Shown one piece after another: positions 1-10,045 of a DNA stretch of 64,000 bases. The translations under genes were made by a program, and so were the position numbers. Under the pieces are notes generated by a model. It saw only the letters and a program-made list of their open reading frames with translations. It had not been told where the DNA came from and searched no databases. Each line of letters starts with the position of its first letter. Positions within the stretch are counted from its first letter, which is position 1. Source of the DNA: an uncultured Candidatus Rokubacteria bacterium. GTDB lineage: Bacteria > Methylomirabilota > Methylomirabilia > Rokubacteriales > CSP1-6. The stretch lies in contig CAVXJS010000009.1 in NCBI GenBank assembly GCA_963762145.1, positions 224,001 to 288,000 on the forward strand. Direction: 5' to 3'.

Positions 1-696
1 GCCCACCAGCACTCCCTGCACGAGCGCGGTCAGCAGCGAGCCGAACACCACCGCTCGGGTGACCGCCGCGACGTGCTCGACGAGCTGCGCGCGGCGCTCC
101 CGCCTCATCGGGATCAGGCGCACCACGCTCGCCATCATCTGGTCGCCGTCGCGCAGGAGGAAGAAGAGCACGAAGAGCGCGATGGAGAGGCCCACCAGCG
201 CGTTCAGCGTCCCGACCACGAACGAACCGCTCACCGCCACCGTCCCCTGCAGGAAGGTCTGGGCGCCGCTCATCAGCCAGCCGTGGATCTGGGCCGCGTC
301 GATCGGCGAGACCGCCTCGACCCACCGGATGGCGCGGCTCACGATCGGGATGTCGAGGAGATCCGCCGGGCCCGAGATCCCGGACTCGGCCACCAGCTTT
401 TGCACCCGCCCGAAGAGATCTTTCGCCTGGCTCGCGAAGGCCACCGCCAGGAGCGGCAGTGGGGCGACCAGGACAACCGTGGTGGCCACCGTGAGGAGAA
501 CCGCGGTCAAGGCGTAGCGGCCCCCCAGGCGCCGCCCCAGCGCCTGCCGCGCGGGAAAGAGCAGGAGGGCGAGCAGCATGGACCAGAGGAGAGCTTCCAG
601 GAACGGGCGCAGGATCAGGAACAACGTCCCCGCCAGGAGAGCGCCCGTGGCGAGGGCGAAGACGCGCGGATAGAAGCGGTCGTCCCCTTCGTTCAC
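1..696 (-). CDS. AI-2E family (PerM-like) transporter, 3' end outside window; one frameshift near 640
   Basis: Manual minus-strand translation gives ...FLILRPFLEALLWSMLLALLLFP... and ...LFVLFFLLRDGDQMM...VTRAVVFGSLLTALVQGVLVG, typical of AI-2E. GTG at 696 overlaps the stop of the upstream gene. Not in the ORF track because it runs off the window. Confidence 0.8.
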   Translation of the reverse strand, partial: MNEGDDRFYPRVFALATGALLAGTLFLILRPFLEALLWSMLLALLLFPARQALGRRLGGRYALTAVLLTVATTVVLVAPLPLLAVAFASQAKDLFGRVQKLVAESGISGPADLLDIPIVSRAIRWVEAVSPIDAAQIHGWLMSGAQTFLQGTVAVSGSFVVGTLNALVGLSIALFVLFFLLRDGDQMMASVVRLIPMRRERRAQLVEHVAAVTRAVVFGSLLTALVQGVLVG

Positions 697-1424
697 CGCC
701 GCGATCGAAGCTGCCGCAGCGACAGCGCGTGGAGGACCCAGGCCAGCGGGACCAGGAAGGCGGGCAGCCAGATGTACGGCCAGTCGCCGATGAACGTCGC
801 GGGCGGGTCCGTCTCGAAGATCCGCCACGGGGTCGGCGCGGAGAGCTGCACGAGCACCACGACGTTCAGGAGGATGACGATGCCGGCCCAGTTCCACCAC
901 ACCGCCACCCGCGCCGGCCACGCGCGCCGGACGAAGCAGGCGTAGGCCACCACCGGCGCGGTGAGACCGACCAGGATGTCCACGTTGCGGCCGTGGAAGC
1001 TCAGCAGCTCCGGGATCACCCCCGCCACCGCGAGCCGCCACAGCACGATCTCGACCGGGATGCGAAAGGTCTGCGCGGCCACCAGCCACACGGGGGGCAC
1101 CGCGGCCAGGAGTGGCATGACGCGCGGGGACACCGTGAGCGCCAGCAGGGTGAGCAGCGGCGGGCCGACGCCGAGCAGCAGGTGCGGCGGCATGGACTGG
1201 AAATCCTCGAAGAAGCCGCGCTCCGCGAGCACCACGGTCAGCGCGAGCCAGCCGACAAGGGCCACCCCCGCGATGCGCACCGCTTGCACCGCGCCCGGCC
1301 CCACGCGCCGCGCCGCGCGCGTGGCGCCCCAGAGCACGAGCCCGAGCATTGCGAGGACGATGACGATGAAGGCCAGGTCGACCGCGAGCGGGGCAGTGGT
1401 GAGCATCACGCATGGATAGCACAT
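693..1424 (-). CDS. conserved hypothetical integral membrane protein (about 7 TM)
   Basis: 243-aa hydrophobic ORF with QTFRIPVE, GRNVDIL and PYIWLPAFLVP motifs. Coupled to the AI-2E gene by a GTGA overlap. Confidence 0.75.
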   Translation of the reverse strand: MCYPCVMLTTAPLAVDLAFIVIVLAMLGLVLWGATRAARRVGPGAVQAVRIAGVALVGWLALTVVLAERGFFEDFQSMPPHLLLGVGPPLLTLLALTVSPRVMPLLAAVPPVWLVAAQTFRIPVEIVLWRLAVAGVIPELLSFHGRNVDILVGLTAPVVAYACFVRRAWPARVAVWWNWAGIVILLNVVVLVQLSAPTPWRIFETDPPATFIGDWPYIWLPAFLVPLAWVLHALSLRQLRSRR

Positions 1425-1564
1425 TCACCATCGAACGCGCGAGCGACACCACGTCACCCCGCTGACACCCCGGCGGGTGGGGTCGATCTATCCTCCCACC
1501 GGATCAGGCCATTCGGGCCGGGCCCGGATGGCACCCCGCTTGCTCCTCTTCCGGGACGCGGAGC

Positions 1565-1654
1565 CTCTTCCCGACAAACGGCAAACCCGTCGCGAGACGG
1601 GGACGCAAAGCCACGGATCAGGGCGACCTGATAGCCGGGCTACCGAAGGAAGGG
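1565..1654 (+). ncRNA. c-di-GMP-I (GEMM-I) riboswitch
   Basis: GGCAAAC-CCGTC-GCGA-GACGG-GGACGCAAAGCC...GATAGCCGGGCTACCGAA matches the GEMM-I consensus: GNRA-capped P2, GACGCAAAGC junction, P3 and 3' ACCG. P1 is CTCTTCC/GGAAGGG. Lies about 55 nt upstream of ATG 1711. Confidence 0.88.
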
Positions 1655-1710
1655 CGCTCACAGTAGCGCTCGTCGGGATCCGAGTGTGCTCCGCGAACAG
1701 GAGGATCCTG

Positions 1711-2415
1711 ATGAGACACGGACTGGTTCGGTTCATCGTGCGCCGCCTCGCGGTGCTCGCCATCATTCTCTTCATCCCGGTTCCCGCGGCCGCCGACGAC
1801 GCGATCATGAGCGTCGATCAGTACAAGACGGCCAAGGCTCGCAACCTCGCCACCACCCACCAGGGGCTGCTCAAGCAGGTGCGCGAGGAGATCTACCACT
1901 GCATGCCGTGGGTCGGTGTGCAGAAGGCGGGGATCGCCTTCCGCCAGCCCAAGGGCGCGGTGGAGGACGATCGCTACCTCTCGATCTGGATCGTCATCGA
2001 TCAGGACGAGGACGCGCGGTTCTCGGCGCTGCCCGCCGAGCGGCGCGCCTCTGCGATGTTCTCGCGCTACGGCACGGATCTCCTGCGGCGCATGGCTCAG
2101 CTCCAGCCGCTGGTCACCGATCCCGACGTGAAGGGTTTCTCGGTCGTGCTCTCGTGGCTGAAGCCCGGTACCGGCAGCGGGTCGGTGCAGCCGGTCAACG
2201 AGACGCTCGCCCTCTGGAGTGACAAGCAGACCACGCTCGGCTTCCTCGCCAAGCGCGTCCCCGCGGGCGAGTTCACCCGCCGAGCCAAGTTCAGCGTCTT
2301 CGATGGGGTCGAGGACAAGGGACGCCTCGCCCTCGAGGTCTGGGAGGATTCGTTCGTCCGGACCTTCAAGGTCTCCAACGTCGAAGCCTCGAAGGGCCAG
2401 AGGTGCTCTGGCTGA
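1711..2415 (+). CDS. hypothetical secreted protein
   Basis: AGGAGG RBS before ATG 1711, signal peptide (RRLAVLAIILFIPVPAAA-DD), GC3-rich codon usage. No family recognised. Confidence 0.75.
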   Translation: MRHGLVRFIVRRLAVLAIILFIPVPAAADDAIMSVDQYKTAKARNLATTHQGLLKQVREEIYHCMPWVGVQKAGIAFRQPKGAVEDDRYLSIWIVIDQDEDARFSALPAERRASAMFSRYGTDLLRRMAQLQPLVTDPDVKGFSVVLSWLKPGTGSGSVQPVNETLALWSDKQTTLGFLAKRVPAGEFTRRAKFSVFDGVEDKGRLALEVWEDSFVRTFKVSNVEASKGQRCSG

Positions 2416-2418
2416 CCG

Positions 2419-3114
2419 TCAGGACACCGGCAATCGGTCGCCGGCCCGGTACCACACCGGGTCGGCGACCGGCCGGAACAGCTTGACCCGGGCGGTGCCG
2501 TGCACCGTCACGGCGCCCTCGTCCACGATGACCCACGCGCCCTCTTCCAGCCCCAGCACCGGGTTCGCGTTGACCACGTGATACTCCCGGATCCGGTCGT
2601 CCCGCGTCTCGCTGAAGGCGGCCATGGCGGGGTCCGCTTCCTTGTAGTGGGGATTGATGTTGAAGCCCACCAGTCCCAGGGCGTCGAAGCGGTCGAGCCC
2701 CACCACGTTCCAGTCGTTCGTGGTCAGGATGGTGGGCCCCGCCACGTTGGACCCCGCGCTCGCGCCCGCGTAGGGCATCCCGGCGGCCACCCGCGCGCGG
2801 ATCGCCTCGAGCAGGCCGGCGCCGCGCAGGCGCTGGAGCAGCGCGTAGGTGTTGCCCCCGCCCATGAAGAGCGCGTCCGCGTCGGCCAGGGTGGCGAGCG
2901 GCTCGCGATCCCAGCGCAGGTGCAGGAGCTCGAGGCCCGCGCCCTCGGGCGGGGCGGGCTCCAGCGCGGCGCGGATGCGCTCGAACGAGGCGGTCTCGTC
3001 GTGCAGGTTGGCCGCGGTGACGAAGGCCACCCGGCGCCGCGGGCCGAAGAAGTCGGACAGCGCGGCGCGGCCGACCGGGCCGAGCGGCCCGCCCGAATGC
3101 AGGAGCGCGCGCAT
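2419..3114 (-). CDS. pepE: dipeptidase E (peptidase S51)
   Basis: FMGGGNTY, GASAGSNV, TTNDW and INPHY..ETRDDRIREY motifs. Confidence 0.9.
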   Translation of the reverse strand: MRALLHSGGPLGPVGRAALSDFFGPRRRVAFVTAANLHDETASFERIRAALEPAPPEGAGLELLHLRWDREPLATLADADALFMGGGNTYALLQRLRGAGLLEAIRARVAAGMPYAGASAGSNVAGPTILTTNDWNVVGLDRFDALGLVGFNINPHYKEADPAMAAFSETRDDRIREYHVVNANPVLGLEEGAWVIVDEGAVTVHGTARVKLFRPVADPVWYRAGDRLPVS

Positions 3115-3117
3115 CGC

Positions 3118-3909
3118 CTACGGGCCGAGCAGGCGCTTGAGCTGGGGCATGGACTTGACCACGTAGTGCGCCACGCCGTCGGGCCCGCCCTTAGGCGCGA
3201 AGAGCACCGCGGTCATGCCGACGCGGCGCGCGCCGCGCACGTCGGAGTCGATGCTGTCGCCCACCATCGCCGCGTCGTCCACGCCGAGCCCCATGCGCTG
3301 CAGCGCCAGCTCGAAGAGCGGCGGCTCGGGCTTGCCGATCACGATCGGCCGCGCGCCCGCCGCCGAGGCGACCGCCTCCACGATGGCGCCGCAGCCGGGC
3401 AGGAACTGGCCGTCCTCCATCGGCAGGCGCGGATCGATGTTCGGGGTGACGAAGGCGGCGCCCGCGTCCACCGCGCGAGCGGCCGCGGTCAGGCGCTCGT
3501 AGCTGAAGTCGAAGTCGTTGCCCACGACCACCACGGTGGCGTCGCGGTAGGCGTCCACCGGCACGAGCGTGTGGCCGGCCTCCACCACCACCTCGGCCAG
3601 CTCGGGGCCGCCGATGGCCAGGACCCGCGACGGCCCCCAGCGCTGGGCCACGACCTCGCCCAGGATCTCGAGCGGGGTGAGCACCTCGGCTTCTTTCGCC
3701 TCCACGCCGAGGCGCTCCAGCTTGGCCTGCATGGTCCGGGCGCGGGCGCGCGAGTTATTGGTGAGGAAACACAGCCCCTTGCCCTGTTTCCGGATCAAGG
3801 CGAGCACCTCGGCGGCGCCCGGCGTGAGCACGTCGCCGGTCCACACGCAGCCGTCGAGATCGAAGACCAGGCCGCGCATCTCGCGGAGAGTTCGCCGTGT
3901 CGGGCTCAT
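3118..3909 (-). CDS. HAD-IIA family hydrolase (NagD-like)
   Basis: FDLDGCVW, LTNNS, IGKPE and MVGDSIDSD motifs. Confidence 0.9.
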   Translation of the reverse strand: MSPTRRTLREMRGLVFDLDGCVWTGDVLTPGAAEVLALIRKQGKGLCFLTNNSRARARTMQAKLERLGVEAKEAEVLTPLEILGEVVAQRWGPSRVLAIGGPELAEVVVEAGHTLVPVDAYRDATVVVVGNDFDFSYERLTAAARAVDAGAAFVTPNIDPRLPMEDGQFLPGCGAIVEAVASAAGARPIVIGKPEPPLFELALQRMGLGVDDAAMVGDSIDSDVRGARRVGMTAVLFAPKGGPDGVAHYVVKSMPQLKRLLGP

Positions 3910-4018
3910 GGGTGGCGGTCGGATACTAACACGCGGGCCACGAGCCCGGGGGACGTCGGCGGCGCCGGCTCTCTCAAAACTTTGGGCGCGAGACCGATCG
4001 CGCTAGATTTGAGGCGAC

Positions 4019-4658
4019 ATGAGTAACAGCCGGACGTATACGCTGCGGAATGCGGCGTCGATCGTCTTCGCGCTGACCGCGGTCATTCCCCTGCTCCTCT
4101 TCACCTACACGCCTCTACCTGCTCGGGCAGCTCGGACAGTTCCAGGCCCAGATGGGGCTCGGCGTCGCGCTCGGCTGCGCCCTGGTGGGGCTCTTCATCT
4201 TCTCGAACCTGATGGCGCGCCTCGGCGAGGTGCTGCGGTTCCTCGAGGGGCACCCCGCGCCCGCCGAGGCGCCCGCCGAAGCGGCCGGGACGAGCTCGGA
4301 GGCCGCCCGCGCGGCCCGGCCGGTCTCGGTGGCCTCCAACGGACCCGGGAGCCCGCCGTGGTCCGGCCCGGACGGTCTGCTCGTGCCCGGCCTCGGGACG
4401 ATCACCGCGGCGAGCCGGGCGGCCTCGGCGGCGAGACAGGCCGCGGGTATCTTCGACGACGTGCAGAAGACCATGTGGCACGCGGAAGCCCAGCAGCACC
4501 TCGGACGGCGCGTGCTCATCTCCGTGAAGAACGCGCCCGAGCCGATCGCGGGCAGCCTGGCCCAGATCGCCGAGGACGGCGTCCTGCTCGAGCAGGACGA
4601 CCAGCGGGTGGCGGTCAGCTACCTTCGCATCACCAACATCGAAGCGGACCGCTCCTAG
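4019..4658 (+). CDS. hypothetical 2-TM membrane protein with a C-terminal Sm/LSm-like beta domain; frameshift near 4112
   Basis: ATG 4019 frame (IVFALTAVIPLLLFTYT) joins ORF 4152..4658 after one extra base. C-terminus reads HLGRRVLISVKNAPEPIAGSLAQIAEDGVLLEQDDQRVAVSYLRITNIE. Confidence 0.65.
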
Positions 4659-4660
4659 AG

Positions 4661-6451
4661 CTAGCGCCGCCGCAGGATGGCGCTGAGGGCGACGCGCGCG
4701 CGCGCGTCGCCCGGATCCAGCACGACCGCCTCGCGATAGGCGGCCTCCGCCTGGCGCCACCGGCCCTGGCGCGCCAGCAGGTGCCCGAGACGCGCATGGG
4801 CCTCGGCCAGGTCCGGGCTCACCTCGATGGCCTCGCGGTAGGCGGCCTCGGCCTCGTCGAGCTGGCCCTGCCGCTCGAGCGCGGTCCACAGCCCGAAGTG
4901 GCTCTGCGCGTCGTCGGGCCTGAGGCCCAGCGCGTCGCGGTAGGCGGCCTCGGCCAGCACATGGTCCCCTCGCACCAGCAGGACCGCGCCCAGTCCGCGA
5001 TGCGAGGCGATCCGCTGCGGCTTCACCCGGATGGCCTCGCGAAAGGCCTCGACCGCCTCGTCGTGACGGCCCGTCTCGGTCAGCAGCTCGCCCAGGTCGC
5101 CCCACGCCCGCGCGTAACCCGGCTTGAGGCTCACCGCCCCGCGGAAGGCCGCCTCGGCCGCCGCATGCTTGCCCTGCGAGTAGAGCGCCATGCCGAGGCC
5201 GCGGTGGAGCGGCGCGCCGTCGGGCTTCACGTCGAGAGCCTGGCGATAGGCGGCTTCCGACTCCGCGTGGCGCCCCTGGCGGCCGAGGCCGAGCGCCAGG
5301 TTGGCGCGGGCCACCGAGTCCCGGGGATTGAGGCGCACCGCCTCGCGCAGCGCCGCCTCCGCCTCCGCGTGGCGCCCCTGACGGCCCATCGCGATGCCGA
5401 GCTCGACGTAGAGATCCGCGTTGTCGGGCGCCAGCGCGACGGCTCGACGGAACTCGCCCTCGGCGGCGCCGAGCAGCCCCTGCGCCTCCAGGGCCAGGCC
5501 CAGGTCGGCGTGCAGGTGGGCGTCGTCCGGCTTGAGCCGGATCGCGCGCTCGTAGACGCGCGCCTCCTCGGACCACTTGGCCTGGCGGCGGTAGATCGAG
5601 GCGAGGCCCACGTAGGCGTCGAGGAGGTCCGGCTCGAGCCGCAGGGCCTCCAGCAGCGCGGCCTCCGCGTCCACGAAGCGCCCCTGCCGCTCGAGCACGC
5701 GTCCCAGGCGCGCGCGCCAGCGGCCGCTCGTGGGCTCGAGGCGCGCGGCGCGCGAGTAGGCGGTGACCGCCTCGTGATAGCGTCGCAGGCGCTCGAGCAC
5801 GAGGCCCAGGCGCCCGTGGAGCACGGGCTCGTCCGGCCGCAGGGCGGCGGCCTGGCGATAGGCCACCACCGCGTCGCCCCACCGCCGCAGGCGGCGCAGG
5901 GTCTCCGCGTGCTGCACGTGCGACCGGTGGGCGCGCGGGTCGAGCCGCACCGCCTCGGCGAAGGCCACGACCGCCTCCCCGTCGCGCCCCTGCGCGGCGA
6001 GCACCCGGCCGAGGCCGTGGTGGGCGATCGGATTCGACGGGGCCAGCCGGATCGTCTCCTCGAACTCGCGCACCGCCTCGTCCATCCGGCCCAGGCGCGC
6101 GAGGGTGACCGCGAGCCCGTGGCGCGCCTCCGCGCCGCGCGGGGCCAGCCGCACCGCCTCGCGCGCGGCGGTCTCCTCCTCGCGCGCCTTGCCCAGGCGC
6201 CGGCACGCCGCCGCGAGACGCAGCCACGCGGTGGCGTGATCGCGCTTGCCGCGGAGGGCGGCCCGGAAGGCGGCCTCCGCGCCGGCCCACTTGCGCTGGC
6301 GCTCCAGGACCAGGCCCAGCTTGAAGTTCGCCTTCACGCTGCGCGGCTCGAGCGCGAGGGCCGCGGTCAGCGCGTGCTCGGCGTCCGCGTAGCGTCCCTC
6401 CCGGAGCGAGCGCTCCGCGCTGTCGAGGCAGAAGGCGAACTGCGTGCTCAC
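4661..6451 (-). CDS. tetratricopeptide repeat protein (about 16 TPRs)
   Basis: Continuous 34-aa repeats (A...LG..L...G...EA...YR.A..L.P). GTG start overlaps the stop of the glycosyltransferase. Confidence 0.88.
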   Translation of the reverse strand: MSTQFAFCLDSAERSLREGRYADAEHALTAALALEPRSVKANFKLGLVLERQRKWAGAEAAFRAALRGKRDHATAWLRLAAACRRLGKAREEETAAREAVRLAPRGAEARHGLAVTLARLGRMDEAVREFEETIRLAPSNPIAHHGLGRVLAAQGRDGEAVVAFAEAVRLDPRAHRSHVQHAETLRRLRRWGDAVVAYRQAAALRPDEPVLHGRLGLVLERLRRYHEAVTAYSRAARLEPTSGRWRARLGRVLERQGRFVDAEAALLEALRLEPDLLDAYVGLASIYRRQAKWSEEARVYERAIRLKPDDAHLHADLGLALEAQGLLGAAEGEFRRAVALAPDNADLYVELGIAMGRQGRHAEAEAALREAVRLNPRDSVARANLALGLGRQGRHAESEAAYRQALDVKPDGAPLHRGLGMALYSQGKHAAAEAAFRGAVSLKPGYARAWGDLGELLTETGRHDEAVEAFREAIRVKPQRIASHRGLGAVLLVRGDHVLAEAAYRDALGLRPDDAQSHFGLWTALERQGQLDEAEAAYREAIEVSPDLAEAHARLGHLLARQGRWRQAEAAYREAVVLDPGDARARVALSAILRRR

Positions 6452-7569
6452 GATCGGCCGCGCCGGGCGATCTGCTCCACGACGAGGTCCACGATGTGCT
6501 CGGCCGCGTCGGGCCGCCGCAGGCGCCGCAGCGAGCCGTGCAGCCGCTCGACGGTGTCCGGATCGCCCACCGCCCGGTCCAGCAGCCGGCGCAGCGCGCC
6601 GCGCGAGCGCGCGACGAGCGCGATGCCCGCGCGCGAGGCGAAGCGCTCGTTGCCGCGCTCCTGCCCCGGGAGCGAGCCGTAGAGCAGCAGGGGCACCTCG
6701 GCCGCGGACGCCTCGGCGAGCGTCATCCCGCCCGCCTTGGTGACGAGCAGGTCCGCGGCGGCGAGGAGCGTGGGCACGTCCTCCACGAAGCCCACCACGC
6801 GCACCGGGCTCCGCCCGGCCAGCCGCGCCAGGCTCGCCCGCAGGCGCTCGTCGCGGCCGGCCACCACCACCGCCTGCATCGGCCGCTCCATCGTGAGCAG
6901 CGCGCGGGTGACGTCGCGGAGGCGGCCGAGCGAGCCCTGCGTGCCCGCCATCGCGACGATGGTGGGCAGGTGGGGCGAGAGGCCCAGCGCGCGACGCGCC
7001 GCGGCCGCGTCCACCGCGCGCGCGAAGTCGGCGCGCACCGGCACCCCGGTGACGACCACGCGCTCGGGCGGGATCCCGCGCGCGACGAACTCGTTGCGCA
7101 TCTCCTCGGCGGCCACGCAGTAGCGGTCCACCGGGCTCGGCATCCACTGACTGTGGGCCACGAAGTCGGTCACCACGGTGGTGTGCGGCGGCAGCCGGCG
7201 GCCGTCCGTCGCGAGCGCGGCCATGGCCGCCGCGGGCGTCGCGTGCACCGTGATGACCGCGTCGGGCCGCATCGTGTCGAGCCGCCCGGCCAGCCCCGCG
7301 GTCCCCACCCGGGTCATGCCGAAGGAGAGCGGCGACTCCGGTCCCATGCGATCGCCCAGGCCGTAGGCGAGCGCCCACACCCCGGGCGCGCGCCGGAGCA
7401 GGACATAGTAGAGCGCGCGGCTCACGCGCGCGAAGACCGGGTGCACCAGCTCGCGGAAGTGATCCACCACCACCGCCTCGCCGCCGCGCGCCTCGACGGC
7501 GGCGGCCAGGCTGCGCGCCGCTTCCGCGTGGCCGGATCCGTAGCTGGCGCTCAGGATGAGGATGCGCAT
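6448..7569 (-). CDS. MGDG synthase/UgtP-like glycosyltransferase (GT28)
   Basis: MRILILSASYGSGH, VVTDF.AHSQW, TGVPVR, TKAGGMT and PGQERGN motifs. Confidence 0.88.
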   Translation of the reverse strand: MRILILSASYGSGHAEAARSLAAAVEARGGEAVVVDHFRELVHPVFARVSRALYYVLLRRAPGVWALAYGLGDRMGPESPLSFGMTRVGTAGLAGRLDTMRPDAVITVHATPAAAMAALATDGRRLPPHTTVVTDFVAHSQWMPSPVDRYCVAAEEMRNEFVARGIPPERVVVTGVPVRADFARAVDAAAARRALGLSPHLPTIVAMAGTQGSLGRLRDVTRALLTMERPMQAVVVAGRDERLRASLARLAGRSPVRVVGFVEDVPTLLAAADLLVTKAGGMTLAEASAAEVPLLLYGSLPGQERGNERFASRAGIALVARSRGALRRLLDRAVGDPDTVERLHGSLRRLRRPDAAEHIVDLVVEQIARRGRS

Positions 7570-7574
7570 GACGC

Positions 7575-8195
7575 TCAGGGCGCGATCGGCTCGTCCACGT
7601 AGACCGTGTAGCGACGCGGCCGGCCCCGCCCGGCGTCGGCCGGGTCCACGTAGAGGATCGAGCTCTGCCCGCGGATCGCGGCGGGCTGGATCGAGAAGCG
7701 GATGAAGCTGGTCTCGCGCTCGGCCGCCGACACCGCGAGCACCGGCTCGCGCCCGCTCTCGAACCAGGCCTCGCCCGGCTCCACGGTGCGCGGCGCGCCC
7801 TCCGCCACCGTCACCTCCAGGCGGCCGTAAAGCAGGCAGCGGATGCCGCCGCCCCGGTGTCGGTGCGGCGGCGCGATGCCGCCCGGCTCGAAATCCACCC
7901 GGTCGCAGCGCATGAGCCAGGCCGCGCCGTCCGCCAGATCGATCGGGTGCTCGAGCAGCACGCGCCCGCCCGCCGCGGGCGGCGGCTGGCGGACCAGCTC
8001 GACCCGGTAGAGCACCGCGCCCGCGGGGCCGGCGCGCGCGGTGAGATCGGCGGGGCCGACCGCGGGCACCGGCTCGGCGGCCGCCCCGCCCAGGAGCTCG
8101 CCCGAGACCGCGTACAGCACGCGGGGCGCGCGCGGGGCCGGCGCCGCCGCGCCGGCGGCGAGATGATCCTGGATGAGACGGAGCGAGTAGGCCAT
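7575..8195 (-). CDS. cupin-domain protein
   Basis: RCDRVDFEPGGIAPPHRHRGGGIRCLL and GEAWFESG cupin motifs. Confidence 0.8.
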   Translation of the reverse strand: MAYSLRLIQDHLAAGAAAPAPRAPRVLYAVSGELLGGAAAEPVPAVGPADLTARAGPAGAVLYRVELVRQPPPAAGGRVLLEHPIDLADGAAWLMRCDRVDFEPGGIAPPHRHRGGGIRCLLYGRLEVTVAEGAPRTVEPGEAWFESGREPVLAVSAAERETSFIRFSIQPAAIRGQSSILYVDPADAGRGRPRRYTVYVDEPIAP

Positions 8196-8256
8196 CGCGG
8201 CTCGGACTCCATAGTAATCGCTTGGCGTGGCTGGACGAAACCCCTACCCTGTCCGG

Positions 8257-9113
8257 GTGACCGCCACCGCGCTTCTCCTCGTCCTGGGCGCGGCCGTGCT
8301 GCACGCGGGCTGGAACGCGCTCACCAAGCGCGCGGGCGATCCGGTGGTGTTCCTCTGGTGGGTCGGCCTGCTCGGGAGCGCGCTCTACGCGCCGGTCGCG
8401 CTGGTGATCCTGTTCCGCGACGGCTTCACCGTCGACCGCCATCCCGTTCGTGTTCGGCACCATCGTGCTGCACGCCGCTCTACTTCTTCACGCTCGGCCG
8501 CGCGTACACCACCGGCGACTTTTCCCTCGTCTATCCCATCGCGCGCGGGCTCGGGGTGGCCCTGGTGCCGATCGCCGCGCTCGCGCTCTGGGACGAGCGC
8601 CTGTCCCCGCTCGGCACGCTCGGGATGATCCTGGTGGCGAGCGGGATCTTCTTCCTGCACTGGCGGCCCGGCGCGTGGACCCGCGCGGTCTTCCTCGCCT
8701 CGGGCACCGGCTGGGCGCTCGCCACCGGCGTGCTGATCGCGTCGTACTCCCTGCTCGACAAGGCGGGCGTGGCCCGCCTGCACCCGATCGCCTACATCTG
8801 GCTCATGGAGGTGGGCTCCTGCTTGCTCCTCACCCCGGTGGCCCTCGCCAAGGGCGAGCTGATGCGTCGGGAGTGGCGCGACCGGCGCGGCACCATCGCG
8901 GCCGCCGCGCTGATGAGCCCGACCGGCTACCTGCTCGTGCTGTTCGCCTTCCAGTTCTCGAAGACCGGCTACGTGGTGGCGGCCCGCGAGATGTCCATCG
9001 TGCTCTCCGCGATCATCGGGAGCGTGTGGCTCAAGGAGGGCGGGCTCGGGCGGCGGCTGGCTGGGGCGGCGGTGGTGCTGGGCGGCGTCGCGTGCGTGGC
9101 GATGGCCCGATGA
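8257..9113 (+). CDS. EamA/DMT family transporter (frameshifts near 8430-8480)
   Basis: AAVLHAGWNALTK; GDFSLVYPIARG; VVAAREMSIV. Confidence 0.85.
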
Positions 9114-10045
9114 GGAGCGAGGCGGCGCGCGGCGGGCGCCTCCTGGTCGGGGCCGCCGCGATGTGCTGGAGCACGGGCGGCCTGATCGCGCGCCTCGTGG
9201 ATACCGACCCGTGGACCACCGTGTTCTGGCGCGGGATCTTCTGCGCCGCCTTCCTGGTCGCGGTGACCGCGCTGCGGGAGGGCCGCCGGACGCCCGGCGT
9301 CTTCCTGGGCATGGGGCGGCCCGGCCTGGCGATGGCGGCCTGCTTCGCCATCGCGTCCACCTGCTTCATCATGGCGCTCCATCGCACCGCGGTGGCGAAC
9401 GTGCTGATCATCCAGAGCCTGAGCCCGTTCATGGCCGGGCTGCTCGGCTGGCTCTGGATGGGCGAGCGCGTGGCCGGCCGCACGTGGGCCGCGATGGGCA
9501 TGGCGGTGCTGGGCAGCGCCATCATGATCTCGCGCTACTTCTACACCGAGGCGGCCGCGGGCTCGCTCGGCGGCGATGCCCTCGCCTTCACGGTGGCCCT
9601 GGCCTTCGCCATCGCCACCGTGATCCTGCGCCGCAACCGCCACATCCAGATGCTGCCCGCGGCCGCGCTCTCCGCCGCGCTCGCGAGCCTGGCCACCGCG
9701 TCCTCCGCGCGCCCCGGGACGGCCGACGGCGGCGATCTCCTGCTGCTGGCCCTTTTCGGCAGCGTCCAGCTCGGCCTCGGCATGATCCTGTTCACCGCGG
9801 GCGCGCGCCGCATCCCGGTGGCCGAGGCGGCGCTCATCGGCGTGCTCGAGAGCGTGCTCGGGCCGGTCTGGGTCTGGCTCGCGCTCGGCGAGAACCCGGG
9901 CGTGCCCTCGGTGGTGGGCGGCGTCATCGTGCTCGCCGCGCTCGCCGGCCACACCCTGGCCGACCTCCGGCTCGAGTCGCGCGCCGAGGCGGCTCAGTCC
10001 GTCTCGGGATCGGGGTCGCGGAACCGCCCGTCCACCGGCACCTGA
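9110..10045 (+). CDS. EamA/DMT family transporter
   Basis: About 10 TM; CWSTGGLIAR, TAVANV and LESVLGPVWVW..GE motifs; ATGA overlap with the previous gene. Confidence 0.88.
   Translation: MRSEAARGGRLLVGAAAMCWSTGGLIARLVDTDPWTTVFWRGIFCAAFLVAVTALREGRRTPGVFLGMGRPGLAMAACFAIASTCFIMALHRTAVANVLIIQSLSPFMAGLLGWLWMGERVAGRTWAAMGMAVLGSAIMISRYFYTEAAAGSLGGDALAFTVALAFAIATVILRRNRHIQMLPAAALSAALASLATASSARPGTADGGDLLLLALFGSVQLGLGMILFTAGARRIPVAEAALIGVLESVLGPVWVWLALGENPGVPSVVGGVIVLAALAGHTLADLRLESRAEAAQSVSGSGSRNRPSTGT

Noticed and set aside
2404-2415. C-S-G-TGA at the end of the riboswitch-controlled gene as a CxxU selenoprotein motif
   Set aside because: Readthrough would run antisense into pepE, no domain continues past the TGA, and there is no convincing SECIS.
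4019-6682. Very long alternative-frame or antisense ORFs (e.g. 4019..6682 +, 8969..11335 -, 53045..56101 -, 53512..56469 +)
   Set aside because: These are Arg/Gly/Pro/Ala-rich shadow ORFs expected at this GC content. They overlap genes with clear family motifs.
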